Below the pieces are notes generated by a model that searched no databases, was not told the origin of the DNA, and was given only the letters and a program-made list of their open reading frames with translations. DNA of 46,717 nucleotides from Lentisphaeria bacterium. GTDB taxonomy: Bacteria > Verrucomicrobiota > Lentisphaeria > JABSQK01 > JAWLHB01. The translations under genes were made by a program, and so were the position numbers. The DNA lies in the NCBI GenBank assembly GCA_041690595.1, contig JAWLHB010000026.1, positions 62,001 through 108,717 of the forward strand. Direction: 5' to 3'. Positions 23,650 to 33,800 of this stretch are shown here, piece after piece (position 1 is the first letter of the stretch; each line of letters starts with the position of its first letter).

Positions 23650-26517
23650 ATGCTTTCGGGATGTCGTAAGATCGGGGCAATCGTCAGCCGGGAGCTGTAT
23701 GGTTATCTGGCGTCGCCTGTTGCCTATGTTTTCATCGTTATTTTTTTGGCGATCACCGGTTTCTTCACCTTCATGCTTGGACGCTTCTTTGAGGCCGGCC
23801 AAGCCAGCTTGGAGAGCTTCTTCGTCTGGCATCCGTGGTTGTACATGTTCCTGGTGCCAGCCATCGGCATGCGCCTGTGGGCAGAGGAACGACGAAGCGG
23901 GACCATCGAGCTGCTCTTTACGCTGCCACTGTCGCATTGGCATGCGGTGATCGGCAAATACCTGGCGGGGTGCGTGATCATGGCGCTCTCGCTGCTGCTG
24001 ACCTTCCCCATGGTGATCATGGTCAACCGTCTGGGCCAGCCTGACGTTGGCGCGATTGCGGCAGGGTATCTGGGAAGTCTGCTGGTTGCCATGGCATTTC
24101 TGGCTATCAGCGGCCTCACCTCCGCACTGACGCGCAGTCAGGTAGTCAGCTTCATCATCGCCTGGGCGATCTGCCTGCTGCTGATCCTGTGCGGATGGCC
24201 GCCGGTGACCAACCTGCTGCGCCAGGGTAGCCTCGTGCCGTCGACCATCAACTTCGTCATCTGGTACGGGATCGTCTTCGCCGTGCTGGGCGTGGTGATC
24301 GTCGCCTTCGGAAAAGCTATCCTTCGCATCGGCGAGACGATCAGCATCTGGGTGATGAGCCTGCTGTTCAGCCTGGCAACGATCGCCATCGTGATTGCGA
24401 TGTACATGATGTCGTCTTCCGTCTTCGAGCGGACCTTTTCGGGCGGAACGCCGGAATGGTTGGTGCACATGATCAGCCGCTTCAGCGTGACGCCATACTT
24501 CGAGCAGGTCAAGATCGGCGTGATCGATACACGATCGCTGATCTACTTCCTCTCGATCATCGTCTTCGCGCTCTTCTGCACGGGGCTGGCGCTGCATCGT
24601 CGGCGGCAGGGCTGGGGCGTATCGCTGGTGGGCGTCGGCGTCATGGCGGTGTTGCTGATCTTCGTCAACTATGCCGCGGGTGCGATCCGGCTCAAGGCGG
24701 ACCTGACGGAAGGCAAGCTTTACACACTCTCCGATGGCAGCCGTATGGTCGTTGACAGTATTTCCACGCCAGTCACGATTCGGCTCTACTATTCGCGTAC
24801 CGCCAAGGATCTGCCCTTGCAGATCAAGGAGTATGCCACGCGGGTGGAAGACTTCCTGCGGGAGTACGTCGAAGCGGCCAATGGCGGGATCCTCCTCGAG
24901 CGCGTCGATCCGAAACCGGATACGGAAGATGAGGATAAGGCGCTGAATGCAGGGATGACGCCCATGCCTTTGGGAAATGGCGACTCCTTCTATCTGGGCA
25001 TGGTCGTGCGATGCCTCGATGCGGAGGTTGTCCTGCCGATGTTGGCGCCTTTCCAGCGCGATAATCTGGAATACGACATCACCCATGCCATTCACGGCGT
25101 CATCAAATCCCAGAAGACTGTGCTCGGTTTGATGACCGGCATCAAGGTGACGGGCGACGAGCAGCCAAATCCAATGTTGGGGGCGCAGGGGCAGAGGCCA
25201 CCATGGCAGTTCCTCAGCATGATCAAGAACGACTATGAGGTCCAGGAAATCCCTCTGACCGTGACGGAAATCCCACCCGAGATCGAACACCTGCTGGTCA
25301 TCCATCCAAAGGATATCAGCGATGCCGCGCAGTACGCGCTCGATCAGTTTGTCCTGCGTGGCGGTAAGTTGATCGCGTTGGTGGACGGATTCTGCATGGC
25401 GGACGCGGAGGCAAATCCGCAGATGCCGTGGGCGCCATCCATGCCCGGCAGCTCGTCGCTGCCAAGGCTCTTTGACGCCTGGGGAATCGACTTTGCGCCG
25501 GGCGGCCAGGCGTTGTTCGATCTCGAATATGCCTTCCGCTTTCCGAACCAAATGGGCCAGGACCAGACGCTGGTGGGCTATGTCCATCTGGCGGAAAAGG
25601 GCAACAGCGGACATCGTACTGTCTCGCTTCTGGAGGATATTCTGCTGCCTCTGCCCGGAGCGCTGCGGTTGAGCCCCGTCGATGGGCTGGAGAAGACGCC
25701 GCTGCTGGAAAGCAGCGAACAGGCGGGAATGCTGGACATCGGCAGTATGGGAGGGCAGCAGCTCATGCGCTTGCCCTATGAGCAGATCGCCAAACGCGTA
25801 CGGGAGCAAGGCACGGGCTTGGGAGAACGCATGCCACTGGCGGTGAGGATCGAGGGAAAGTTCACGACCGCGTTCCCAGATGGACAGCCTGACGCAGGCG
25901 ATGAAGACGCTGCATCCGACAGTCATCTGGCAACCTCAGAAGAGGCCACCGCCGTGTATGTCATCGGGGATGTGGACTTCCTCTATGACGATCTCTGGTA
26001 TAACCAGGTCAATTACATGAATCAGCGCGTAGCCATGGTTGTCAGGGACAACTTCTATCTGGTTCAGAACGCCCTGGATGAGCTGACCGGCGGGGTGGAT
26101 CTGATCGGTCTGCGCTCGCGCAGCAGCACGCGTCGCCCGCTGGAGAAGATCGAAGAGATGCAGCGTTTGGCTCAGGAGGCCTTCCAGGCCAAGATTCTGG
26201 AAACCGAAGAGCGGCTCGCGGAAGTCGAACGTGAGATCGGCAGTATTCGGGTGGTTCAGCGTGGCAATCAGCTGGTCTTCAATCTGACGGAAGAGCAACT
26301 GGCAAAGCTGGATGAGCTGAAGGAAAAACGGCTGGAACTGCGCAAGGAGATGCGGCAGATCCGGCGCGAGCAGCGTGAGGATGTGGAAGCTCTGCAGAAC
26401 TTCTGGATCCGCTTCAATATCTTCCTGGTGCCATTCCTGATCGCGCACTTTGGAATCATTCTGGCGCTGTTCCGCATGCGCCGCAAGACCTCTCAAAAGA
26501 CGATTACGGAAGGTTGA
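23650..26517 (+). CDS. Fused ABC-2 permease (GldF-like) and periplasmic auxiliary domain (GldG-like)
   Basis: GldF motifs RELYGYLASPVAYVF, MRLWAEERRSGTIELL and GVIDTR..IYF. GldG motifs DLTEGKLYTLS, LEYDIT, DQFVLRGG and GDVDF, followed by a coiled coil and a TM helix. Confidence 0.88.
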   Translation: MLSGCRKIGAIVSRELYGYLASPVAYVFIVIFLAITGFFTFMLGRFFEAGQASLESFFVWHPWLYMFLVPAIGMRLWAEERRSGTIELLFTLPLSHWHAVIGKYLAGCVIMALSLLLTFPMVIMVNRLGQPDVGAIAAGYLGSLLVAMAFLAISGLTSALTRSQVVSFIIAWAICLLLILCGWPPVTNLLRQGSLVPSTINFVIWYGIVFAVLGVVIVAFGKAILRIGETISIWVMSLLFSLATIAIVIAMYMMSSSVFERTFSGGTPEWLVHMISRFSVTPYFEQVKIGVIDTRSLIYFLSIIVFALFCTGLALHRRRQGWGVSLVGVGVMAVLLIFVNYAAGAIRLKADLTEGKLYTLSDGSRMVVDSISTPVTIRLYYSRTAKDLPLQIKEYATRVEDFLREYVEAANGGILLERVDPKPDTEDEDKALNAGMTPMPLGNGDSFYLGMVVRCLDAEVVLPMLAPFQRDNLEYDITHAIHGVIKSQKTVLGLMTGIKVTGDEQPNPMLGAQGQRPPWQFLSMIKNDYEVQEIPLTVTEIPPEIEHLLVIHPKDISDAAQYALDQFVLRGGKLIALVDGFCMADAEANPQMPWAPSMPGSSSLPRLFDAWGIDFAPGGQALFDLEYAFRFPNQMGQDQTLVGYVHLAEKGNSGHRTVSLLEDILLPLPGALRLSPVDGLEKTPLLESSEQAGMLDIGSMGGQQLMRLPYEQIAKRVREQGTGLGERMPLAVRIEGKFTTAFPDGQPDAGDEDAASDSHLATSEEATAVYVIGDVDFLYDDLWYNQVNYMNQRVAMVVRDNFYLVQNALDELTGGVDLIGLRSRSSTRRPLEKIEEMQRLAQEAFQAKILETEERLAEVEREIGSIRVVQRGNQLVFNLTEEQLAKLDELKEKRLELRKEMRQIRREQREDVEALQNFWIRFNIFLVPFLIAHFGIILALFRMRRKTSQKTITEG

Positions 26518-26521
26518 TACC

Positions 26522-27766
26522 ATGAGAAAGAAGACATTATTCATATTGATCGTGCTCTGTGTGGTTGCCGGCATCGCTGGATGGTGGGTGCGCAATCGCA
26601 CTCAGGAGCGCTGGGAGCAGAGCGCCATGGGAGCGCTGTTTCCCGACCTTTCGGTCACCGAGGTGGATCGACTCCGCGTCAGCAGCGTTAACGATCAGGT
26701 CGACCTCAAGCTCGAGGATGGGATCTGGCGGGTTGCAGGCGCCCATGACTATCCAGCGGATCAGTCCAGGATTCGCGACCTGCTTCTGGCGTTGCGTGAG
26801 CTGAAGCCCATCCAACGAATTCCCGTGGATGCCAAAGATCTGGGGCGGCTGGACCTGAATGCCCCCGAGGAAGGAGAATCTAATACGGGAACCGGGCTCA
26901 AGCTGGTGAAGGGGACGGAGGAGCTCCTCGACCTGCGTATCGGCAAGGAATACATTGCGTCCGGCGAACAGAGCGCCAGTCCCTGGGGCGGCGGGCCGAT
27001 AGCCACTGGTCGCTACATCATGGTTGGCGATACCAGCAGGATCTATCTTGTTTCGGAAACCTTCACCAGAGTCAGCGACGACAGCAATGCGTGGCTGGAT
27101 AAGAGCTTTCTGCGGGCTGACAAGGCCAGGCGCATCGAGGGTCGCGAGGGAGACAAGGTGCTCTGGTCGCTTGAACGTGATTCGGACAGTGCGTCGCTGA
27201 CACTGGAAGGCGATATTCCCGAGGACAAGGAGGTCGACTCCACCAAGCTCAACAGCGTGGGGGCAGTTCTCAGTTACCCGAGCTTCAACAGGGTGGCTCC
27301 ACGAGCGCAGGCCACCAGCTTTGGTCTGGGAGATAACGCCAGAAATCTGCGCGTCTTCGAGTGGGTGACCTTCGAGGGCATCAGCTACAGGGTGACCATG
27401 GGCGAGCGGACCGACAAAGGAGAGACCCCCATCATGCTGGACTTCGACTATACGCCCCCGGCCATGGCTGAAGCTCCGGAAGATGAGAGCGACGAGGCGA
27501 AGCAGGCGCGTGAGGCAGCTCATGAGAAGAAGGTCGCGGAGGCACAAGCCAAGGTCGACGAGATGAAGTCCAGGTACCAGAACTGGATCTACTTCATTCC
27601 GAATTCCACGGCTGACACCATGCTTCGCTCGCGTGATGACCTGCTTAAAGAGAAGCCGAAAGCCGCCGACGAGCCCGAGGAAACGGACGGAGCTGGAGAT
27701 GAAGGCGCCGCCCCGGTTGAAGCCGCGACCGAAGCACCGACTGAAGCCCCGGTTGAAGGCGACTGA
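26522..27766 (+). CDS. DUF4340 family membrane-anchored periplasmic protein
   Basis: N-terminal TM helix, W.V..AHDYPAD, LRIGK...GRY and WLD repeats, and an acidic tail. This is the usual position after gldG-like genes. Start placed at ATG 26522. Confidence 0.8.
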   Translation: MRKKTLFILIVLCVVAGIAGWWVRNRTQERWEQSAMGALFPDLSVTEVDRLRVSSVNDQVDLKLEDGIWRVAGAHDYPADQSRIRDLLLALRELKPIQRIPVDAKDLGRLDLNAPEEGESNTGTGLKLVKGTEELLDLRIGKEYIASGEQSASPWGGGPIATGRYIMVGDTSRIYLVSETFTRVSDDSNAWLDKSFLRADKARRIEGREGDKVLWSLERDSDSASLTLEGDIPEDKEVDSTKLNSVGAVLSYPSFNRVAPRAQATSFGLGDNARNLRVFEWVTFEGISYRVTMGERTDKGETPIMLDFDYTPPAMAEAPEDESDEAKQAREAAHEKKVAEAQAKVDEMKSRYQNWIYFIPNSTADTMLRSRDDLLKEKPKAADEPEETDGAGDEGAAPVEAATEAPTEAPVEGD

Positions 27767-27802
27767 GCGTGAGTTGACGTTGCCCGATCTGGATCGTTTA
27801 TC

Positions 27803-27839
27803 GCACCGGCGACGCATGCTTTCGCATGGTCGCCGGTGC
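27803..27839. terminator. Strong hairpin between convergent genes, probable bidirectional terminator
   Basis: GCACCGGCGAC-g-CATGC-tttc-GCATG-GTCGCCGGTGC: an 11 bp and a 5 bp stem with one bulge. U-tracts are weak. Confidence 0.6.
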
Positions 27840-27856
27840 CATTAACAGACGCAGCA

Positions 27857-29053
27857 TCACGCGTAGGCGAGTACGCGCCGGCGATAGTGAAGGTAGTCGT
27901 CGAGCCGCACCTCCGCGGGGACGCCATGGTCGCAGGTCGGTATGTAACCGCCGCGGGCATGCATGGCGGGCAGGATGTAGTCCAGATGCTTGTCGATAGC
28001 TGCCTTTCCCTGAGCGAGGATACGCTTGTCGATGCCGCCGAGCATGAAGAGATCCGGATACTGGCGGCCGATAGCGACGACGTCGCAGCCGGAGGCGACC
28101 TCGAAGGGGCTCATGGCATCCATGCCGATCTCCTTGTAGACAGGAATGACCGGATTGGCCAGACCATCGGTATCGACCTGGATGTAGAGGTGGCGGTTCT
28201 GGTCGATCTGGCGCGTTCGCAGGTTGGCGATGAGTTGCTGGTAGTAGGGAAAGAGGAATTCTCGCATCATGTCGGGCGAGATCAGGGGGCCGTGATTGTA
28301 GCAGATGTCCTCGGCGAGGAAGAGTTCGTCGAGTGTGACATACTGCTGATGGCGGGCGATGACCGCGTCGGCCAACTCATACCAGGCGCGCATGCAGTCG
28401 TGGATGAGGTCGGGTTGGTCGTAGAAGAAGTAGAGGAGGTCGCCGGGGCCGATCAGGCTGCGCAGGTACATGTAGCCGCCGATCAGATTCTGGGTGACCA
28501 TGTAGCCTCTCGCCGCATCGGCTTGAGCTTTGGCCATGCGCTCTGGCAGATCCGCAAAACGCTCGTCGTTGGTGGGAGCGAGGCGCCACTTCACATTCTC
28601 TTCCCAACTGCGCTGATCCTTGACGGGATGGTCGACATATTCCGGCATGAAGCCGCTGCGGCGCCCCTTGAAGAAGAGGACGTGACGGCCCGCATAGTCC
28701 TGAACCAGCTCATGCTCGCCGCGATCTTCGAGCACCTTGGTTTCGAAAACGGGCTTGAAGGCGGCTTCGCACCAGCCAAGCTGCCCGAGACTGTGCTTGG
28801 CGAAGGGTTCGTAGCCGAAGAGCGCCGAGGTGTCGGCCGCGGGATCGAGCCCGTCGCGCTCCTTCCATTCGTCCAGGCAGTAGAATCCGAATTCGCGCTG
28901 GATCAATGGCGCGCCGGGGGTGATGGCGTATGCCTGGCGGAGCCGCCGGGCATGGAGATCCTGTTCCTCGGCCGGCACCAGCGTATGGACGCCGGGCACG
29001 GGAGGCAGGCTCTTGTTGACAGGTGTTGCTGGTCTTGCGGTTGTCCCACTCAT
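27857..29053 (-). CDS. Uroporphyrinogen decarboxylase (UroD/MtaA-CmuA) family protein
   Basis: FYDQPDLIH, AEDICYNHGPLISP, DTDG, LGGIDKR and GGYIPTCDHGVP. Start placed at ATG 29053, in an ATGA overlap with the upstream stop. Confidence 0.85.
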   Translation of the reverse strand: MSGTTARPATPVNKSLPPVPGVHTLVPAEEQDLHARRLRQAYAITPGAPLIQREFGFYCLDEWKERDGLDPAADTSALFGYEPFAKHSLGQLGWCEAAFKPVFETKVLEDRGEHELVQDYAGRHVLFFKGRRSGFMPEYVDHPVKDQRSWEENVKWRLAPTNDERFADLPERMAKAQADAARGYMVTQNLIGGYMYLRSLIGPGDLLYFFYDQPDLIHDCMRAWYELADAVIARHQQYVTLDELFLAEDICYNHGPLISPDMMREFLFPYYQQLIANLRTRQIDQNRHLYIQVDTDGLANPVIPVYKEIGMDAMSPFEVASGCDVVAIGRQYPDLFMLGGIDKRILAQGKAAIDKHLDYILPAMHARGGYIPTCDHGVPAEVRLDDYLHYRRRVLAYA

Positions 29054-29901
29054 ACTCCCCATTCCTTCTTGGCATCGTCCATGGTTTTGGCGTCTCCCAG
29101 TGGCGGACCACCGGAGTGTCCCGTTCGGTTCGGACCGGCCCAGCGCTGATCGGCAGGGTCGCTGGCCGGCTGAAAGCGGATATCGCAACTGAGTCGGATC
29201 TCGTCGGTCATGTTGCGTGTCGAGCAATGCATGGTGTACATGGGGAAGACCACAATGTCACCCATCTGAAAGTCGCAGCTTTTCCATGTGCCGCCAAACT
29301 TGGTCGTGACCTCGCGCGGATCATGGCTGTACCAGCCGCCATCCTTGAGCTTGTCGCGATCGACATCGTGACGCCCGTAGGTCTCCTGGAGCCTGGCGAA
29401 CTGAGGCATGTGAGAGCCGACGCAGATGGCGAGGGTGCCGAGCTGCATGGGCAGGTCGCCGAAGGGGGTCCACACGGTATGCAGGCGCTGAGAGCCGCGG
29501 CCCATGTAGACGATGTCGTAGTGCAGGCCCGTGTAGGCGCCATGCGGCACTGCTCGCAGCCACTTTTCGTCAAAGGTAAGCGCCCCTTCCCCGAAGTAAC
29601 CGGCAAAGAAATCGAAGAGTGCGGGAGATTCCAGGACAGCCATGACTTCGGGCTCGCAGGCGATCTCCTTCATGCTTCGATGCTGGCCGGATTCGAACTG
29701 ATTCCGCTTCATCTCCTCGAGAATGCGTTCGCGCGCGGCGGCGACGAGGCGGCGGCTGTGGAAACCGCGGAACAGGAGGTAACCATCCTCGGCCATCCGA
29801 TCGCGCAGCTCCTGAGGCTGACCGAGCAAGGCATTGGCATCACGCAGCATACCAAGTTCGGTTGGGAAGTCCATGCTGGTTTTGCAGACTTGAATTTCCA
29901 T
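29050..29901 (-). CDS. Phytanoyl-CoA dioxygenase (PhyH) family Fe(II)/2-oxoglutarate oxygenase
   Basis: DGYLLFRG, HxD motif TGLHYD, TVWTPFGD, GDIVVF...MHCS (distal His) and IRLSCDIRFQ. Start placed at ATG 29901. Confidence 0.85.
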   Translation of the reverse strand: MEIQVCKTSMDFPTELGMLRDANALLGQPQELRDRMAEDGYLLFRGFHSRRLVAAARERILEEMKRNQFESGQHRSMKEIACEPEVMAVLESPALFDFFAGYFGEGALTFDEKWLRAVPHGAYTGLHYDIVYMGRGSQRLHTVWTPFGDLPMQLGTLAICVGSHMPQFARLQETYGRHDVDRDKLKDGGWYSHDPREVTTKFGGTWKSCDFQMGDIVVFPMYTMHCSTRNMTDEIRLSCDIRFQPASDPADQRWAGPNRTGHSGGPPLGDAKTMDDAKKEWGV

Positions 29902-30020
29902 GGGGTAAAAATCCTTGAGCAGATGAAGTATTGGCGATTTGGTATAGAGTATGCCCAAAGAGTGAGGCTGTGAATAGTTAGAATGGGAAAGCTCATGGAT
30001 ATTTTGGTGAAGGTGGGACT

Positions 30021-30848
30021 GTGTCACGAAAACTGAAGGAAGGAATCATCTTCCAGGCATCGGGGGGCTGCGAGCTTGGGCAGATTCATTTTGCGGGGGT
30101 GCAGCGTATAGACTCGGCAATGAAGGAGCCACGCCTCTTCAAGCGTTACGCGCTGGTCTACAGCATGGGTGGGGACGCCATGTACAGCGACGAACGGGGG
30201 CTGAATCAGGCGATCGAGCCTGGCGACATGATCATTGTCTTTCCTGACGTCCGGCACCAGTATGGCGCCGCGCCAGGTCGGCGCTGGGAAAGCATCTACA
30301 TCGTCTTCGACGGGCCGGTCTTCGACCTCTGGTATCAGGAGGGCCTCCTGAACGCGGATCAACCGATACACCACCTTGAGCCGGTGGAGTACTGGTTGCA
30401 TCGATTCGAGCAGCTTCTTGCTGCCGATGCGTTCCCGGAAGATCAGGTCGCACTCGTGCGGGTCAATCACCTGCAGGTGATGCTGGCAGAGATTCTGGCC
30501 AGCAGCGCCGGTGCCATGGTTCCCGCGGATCGAGCCTGGCTATCGCAGGCACGAGCCATGCTGGAGGCTGTACCCGGTATGCAGTTGGACTACGGTCCGA
30601 TCTGCCGGGAGTTGGGGGTCTCGTACGAGACCTTTCGGAAGCGCTTCAGAGAGCTGGCGGGCACATCGCCGGGACGGTATCATGCGCAGAGGCTGATGGA
30701 GCGCGCATGCCAGCTGCTCTACGAGGGGAAGCTGAGCATGGGGCAGATCGCGACCAAACTTGGATTCTGCGATCCGTATCACTTCTCGCGTCGTTTCAAG
30801 CAGGTGACCGGGGTGTCGCCACGCGAATTCCGCGCGCGCCTTCCCTGA
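30021..30848 (+). CDS. AraC family transcriptional regulator
   Basis: N-terminal cupin segment (PGDMIIVFPDVRHQY) and C-terminal double HTH (SYETFRKRF...IATKLGFCDPYHFSRRFKQVTGVSPREFR). Confidence 0.93.
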   Translation: MSRKLKEGIIFQASGGCELGQIHFAGVQRIDSAMKEPRLFKRYALVYSMGGDAMYSDERGLNQAIEPGDMIIVFPDVRHQYGAAPGRRWESIYIVFDGPVFDLWYQEGLLNADQPIHHLEPVEYWLHRFEQLLAADAFPEDQVALVRVNHLQVMLAEILASSAGAMVPADRAWLSQARAMLEAVPGMQLDYGPICRELGVSYETFRKRFRELAGTSPGRYHAQRLMERACQLLYEGKLSMGQIATKLGFCDPYHFSRRFKQVTGVSPREFRARLP

Positions 30849-30849
30849 T

Positions 30850-33800
30850 TTACTGTGTCAGCAAATCGCAGTCGAGAGTGATGAGCTCGGTTCCCTCTGG
30901 GGCGAACTTGACGAGAGCGGCCCGGCCGAAGAAGTCGATGCCGTCGACCTGAGCGGCAAAGGGTTCAGGTCCAAGGAAGAGCAGGTGGCGTCGCTGATCG
31001 GGCCACGAAAGTTCAATGACCCCGGGCTGGAGCTGGCGAATGGCGGGGGGCGTCTCGACGCCGCGCCGGTATGGGAAGAGAACGACGCCGTACTCGGCAG
31101 GGCCGGTTGCACCCATCTGGATCCGAAGCTGATCCTGCGTCATCTTGATGTAGCTGCGGGTCATGTGACGGTGAAAGCCCGTGGAGCGGGGCGGCTCCGG
31201 CGCCTGGCAGACGGCGATCAGCGCGTCGATGTCGTTCTGCCCGGTCACATGAACCGTATACCCATCCATGGCGACACCATCTTCGGCAGCCATCAACCAG
31301 AGATTCCAGCTGTTTGGAGCAGCGCTGCTGACGCGGTCGTGAAAGACGATGTAGGTGGCATCGGCGGGATCGCCGGTATCCTTTACCAGGATTAGCTGGC
31401 GTTGCCAATCGCTGGCGTCCAGATCCTGTTGGCGGAAGGAGAGGGTGCCTTCGGGGAGGCCGGCCTGATGCATGCGCGCGTAATCGGCGCCAGGTTTAAG
31501 CGTGATCAGATCCGGAGAAGGTACGAGCCATGGCGCCACCCTGGGCTGATAATCGACGCGGTTATGCATGGCGGCTTCGTTGGGGCTGTAGTCGATCCAG
31601 TCGAGGGCAAGCGGAGCGCCTTTGGCGAAAAGGGAGACGCTGCCCTGATCTTCATCGTAATGACCATAGGCAAAATTGTTCTGGCGGAGTGTCATGTGCG
31701 TTTCGTGCGGCGTGTCGAAACCATGGCGGAAGATGATGCCGAAGCCGGGAAAAACCTCCGTCTTGCCGCTGATGGGGATCGGGTCGATTGATCCGTCCAG
31801 TACATGCTCCTGGAACATGAGGAGTGCGGCGGCGCCGACGGGGCGCCCCATCTGCTCCCAGGCCCAGATGGCATTGCCGGCGGCAGTGGGGAAACTCTGG
31901 CGGCCGGCATTGGCGAGATAGGTGGGAAAGGTTGCCCAGAAGGGGGTGTTGTCGCCGAGCGCCATGGGTTTGCGCAGACCGTCGAAGCGAGGATCTGGAG
32001 GCGTGAGCAGGTTGGCATAGTAGGTGGAGACCGACATCAGGCGCTCGCCGAAGAAGGTGTCGCGGGTGAGATCGACGATGAGGTGCCTGCGGAGGATGAG
32101 GACGGTCTGGTTGATGGGGGTGTTGCCGGCTCCCTGGTAGCCGGGAGATTCGAGCCAGGCGCCGCGCGGGCCGATCGAGTGGAGGATGTCGGCGCTGACC
32201 AGCCGCCGGCAGAGTTCGAACCAGGAGCGCTGCCGTGGATGATCGGGGACGAGGGCCGCAAGGGTGGCCAGCGCATGAGTGGCGATGCTCATCATGTTGG
32301 GATTTGACGGGCCGCCGCCGTAGGCGTTGTAGCGCCAGTAATCCAGATCGCTGATCTTGTAGGCGAGGAAGGCGGCGCGGGCCAAGGCAAGCTTTTTCTC
32401 TGCTTGACTGAGGTCGGGGCAGGCGAGGCCGACGTCCAGCCGATTGCCATTGGCGCGGACCACTTCCTGAAAACGGTGGGTGTATGTATCTTGCGTATCG
32501 TGCCCGCCATTGAGGAAGGCATCTACGGATGCCCCGAGTTCGGCATCGCCCTGTTTGAAGGCCTGCCGCAACCCCTCTGCGTCCTCGGTCAGCAGGGCGA
32601 GAGCGGGCTTGTCCTGAGCGATCAAGTTGCGGTACTCCTCCGACAATTCGGGAAAATTCTTCCTCATGCGGGCAATGGACGCGGGGCTGTAGTAGAGGCG
32701 GGGATAGTGGGTGTTCGGCGGTAGCTGCCAGGCGAGCGTCCAATCCTTGACCTTGTCCAGCGGTGTCTGGCCATATTTAACCTGAATCTGGCGGATGCGG
32801 GAGAAGATCCCTTTGCCGTGCTGGCCGGCCTTGTCCTCCCCAAGCAGCTCCGGTGTGCCAACCCATAGCCCCCACTGGCGGCTCCCCTCACTGGCCAGAA
32901 AGCGCGCTTCAACTCCCTCGTCCAGCCAAGGCAGTGGGACCCGGCTTTCATTCGTGTTCTTCCAGAGACTCAGGTGGCGCGAAAAAAGACCAAGGACCTT
33001 TTGTTCATCGGCAAAGGTAATGGCGGTCACGCGATTGCCGCGCGCCTGGTAGGGCGTCAGGATCAGTCCGTGCACCCAGTCCGCTTCGCTGGTTTTCAGC
33101 TTCTCGCGGGTGTGGAGTTGCGGCCCCTGCAGGGCATAGCTGACGACTTGCGGATCCGACAGTCCGTGGGTCAACTTGAAGGTGAACTGGGGTAGGGAGG
33201 TATCCTTGACGATGGCTTGCCAACCCATCTGATGATCGATCAGCCACTCGCTGAGCGGTGAGCGCACCCCGACCGCCGGAGTGAGATCGGGAGGCTGAAC
33301 AAAGGTGGCGGTGCCGCGTCGCTCGTTGGAGAGTGTGAAGTTCTCCTTGACCAGAACAACCGGCTGGCGAAGAATAAGCCGCAGGGTCACGTCGTAACGA
33401 GCGCCATCGGCAAAGGCATAGGTATAGTGAAAGTCGCGGAAGAGCGGGCCGTTCACGGTTCCCGGAGTCTGGCGGGCTGTCAGCCGGGCGGGCCCGACCC
33501 CATGCAAGGCTCCATGGCCACTGGTGCCCGGGCTCTTCCTTCCGCCCAGGCTGACAAGGGGCGGCGGCAGATCCATGAACGGCTGGAGGGGATAGGTCCC
33601 GAGTGCCCCCAACTGAACGAGAATGGCGCCATTGTCGACCTGGGTGATCCGGTCGCCTTCGGTAACCTGCCATTCGGCGACGACGGGAGGTTGGCGTTGA
33701 ACCAAAGTATACGTATCCGAGGCAAAGGGCAGAAGATCGATCAGCACGGCAATCTGCCGAAGCTCTTGCGAGGCAACGAATAGCTGGTGCGGCACGACAG

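Noticed and set aside
22822..25926. 1034-aa minus-strand ORF
   Set aside because: Antisense to the well-supported ABC ATPase and GldF-GldG genes, with no domain signal.
27650..27766. Short repeats encoding APVEAATEAPTEAPVEG
   Set aside because: Low-complexity acidic protein tail, not a CRISPR array or DNA repeat element.
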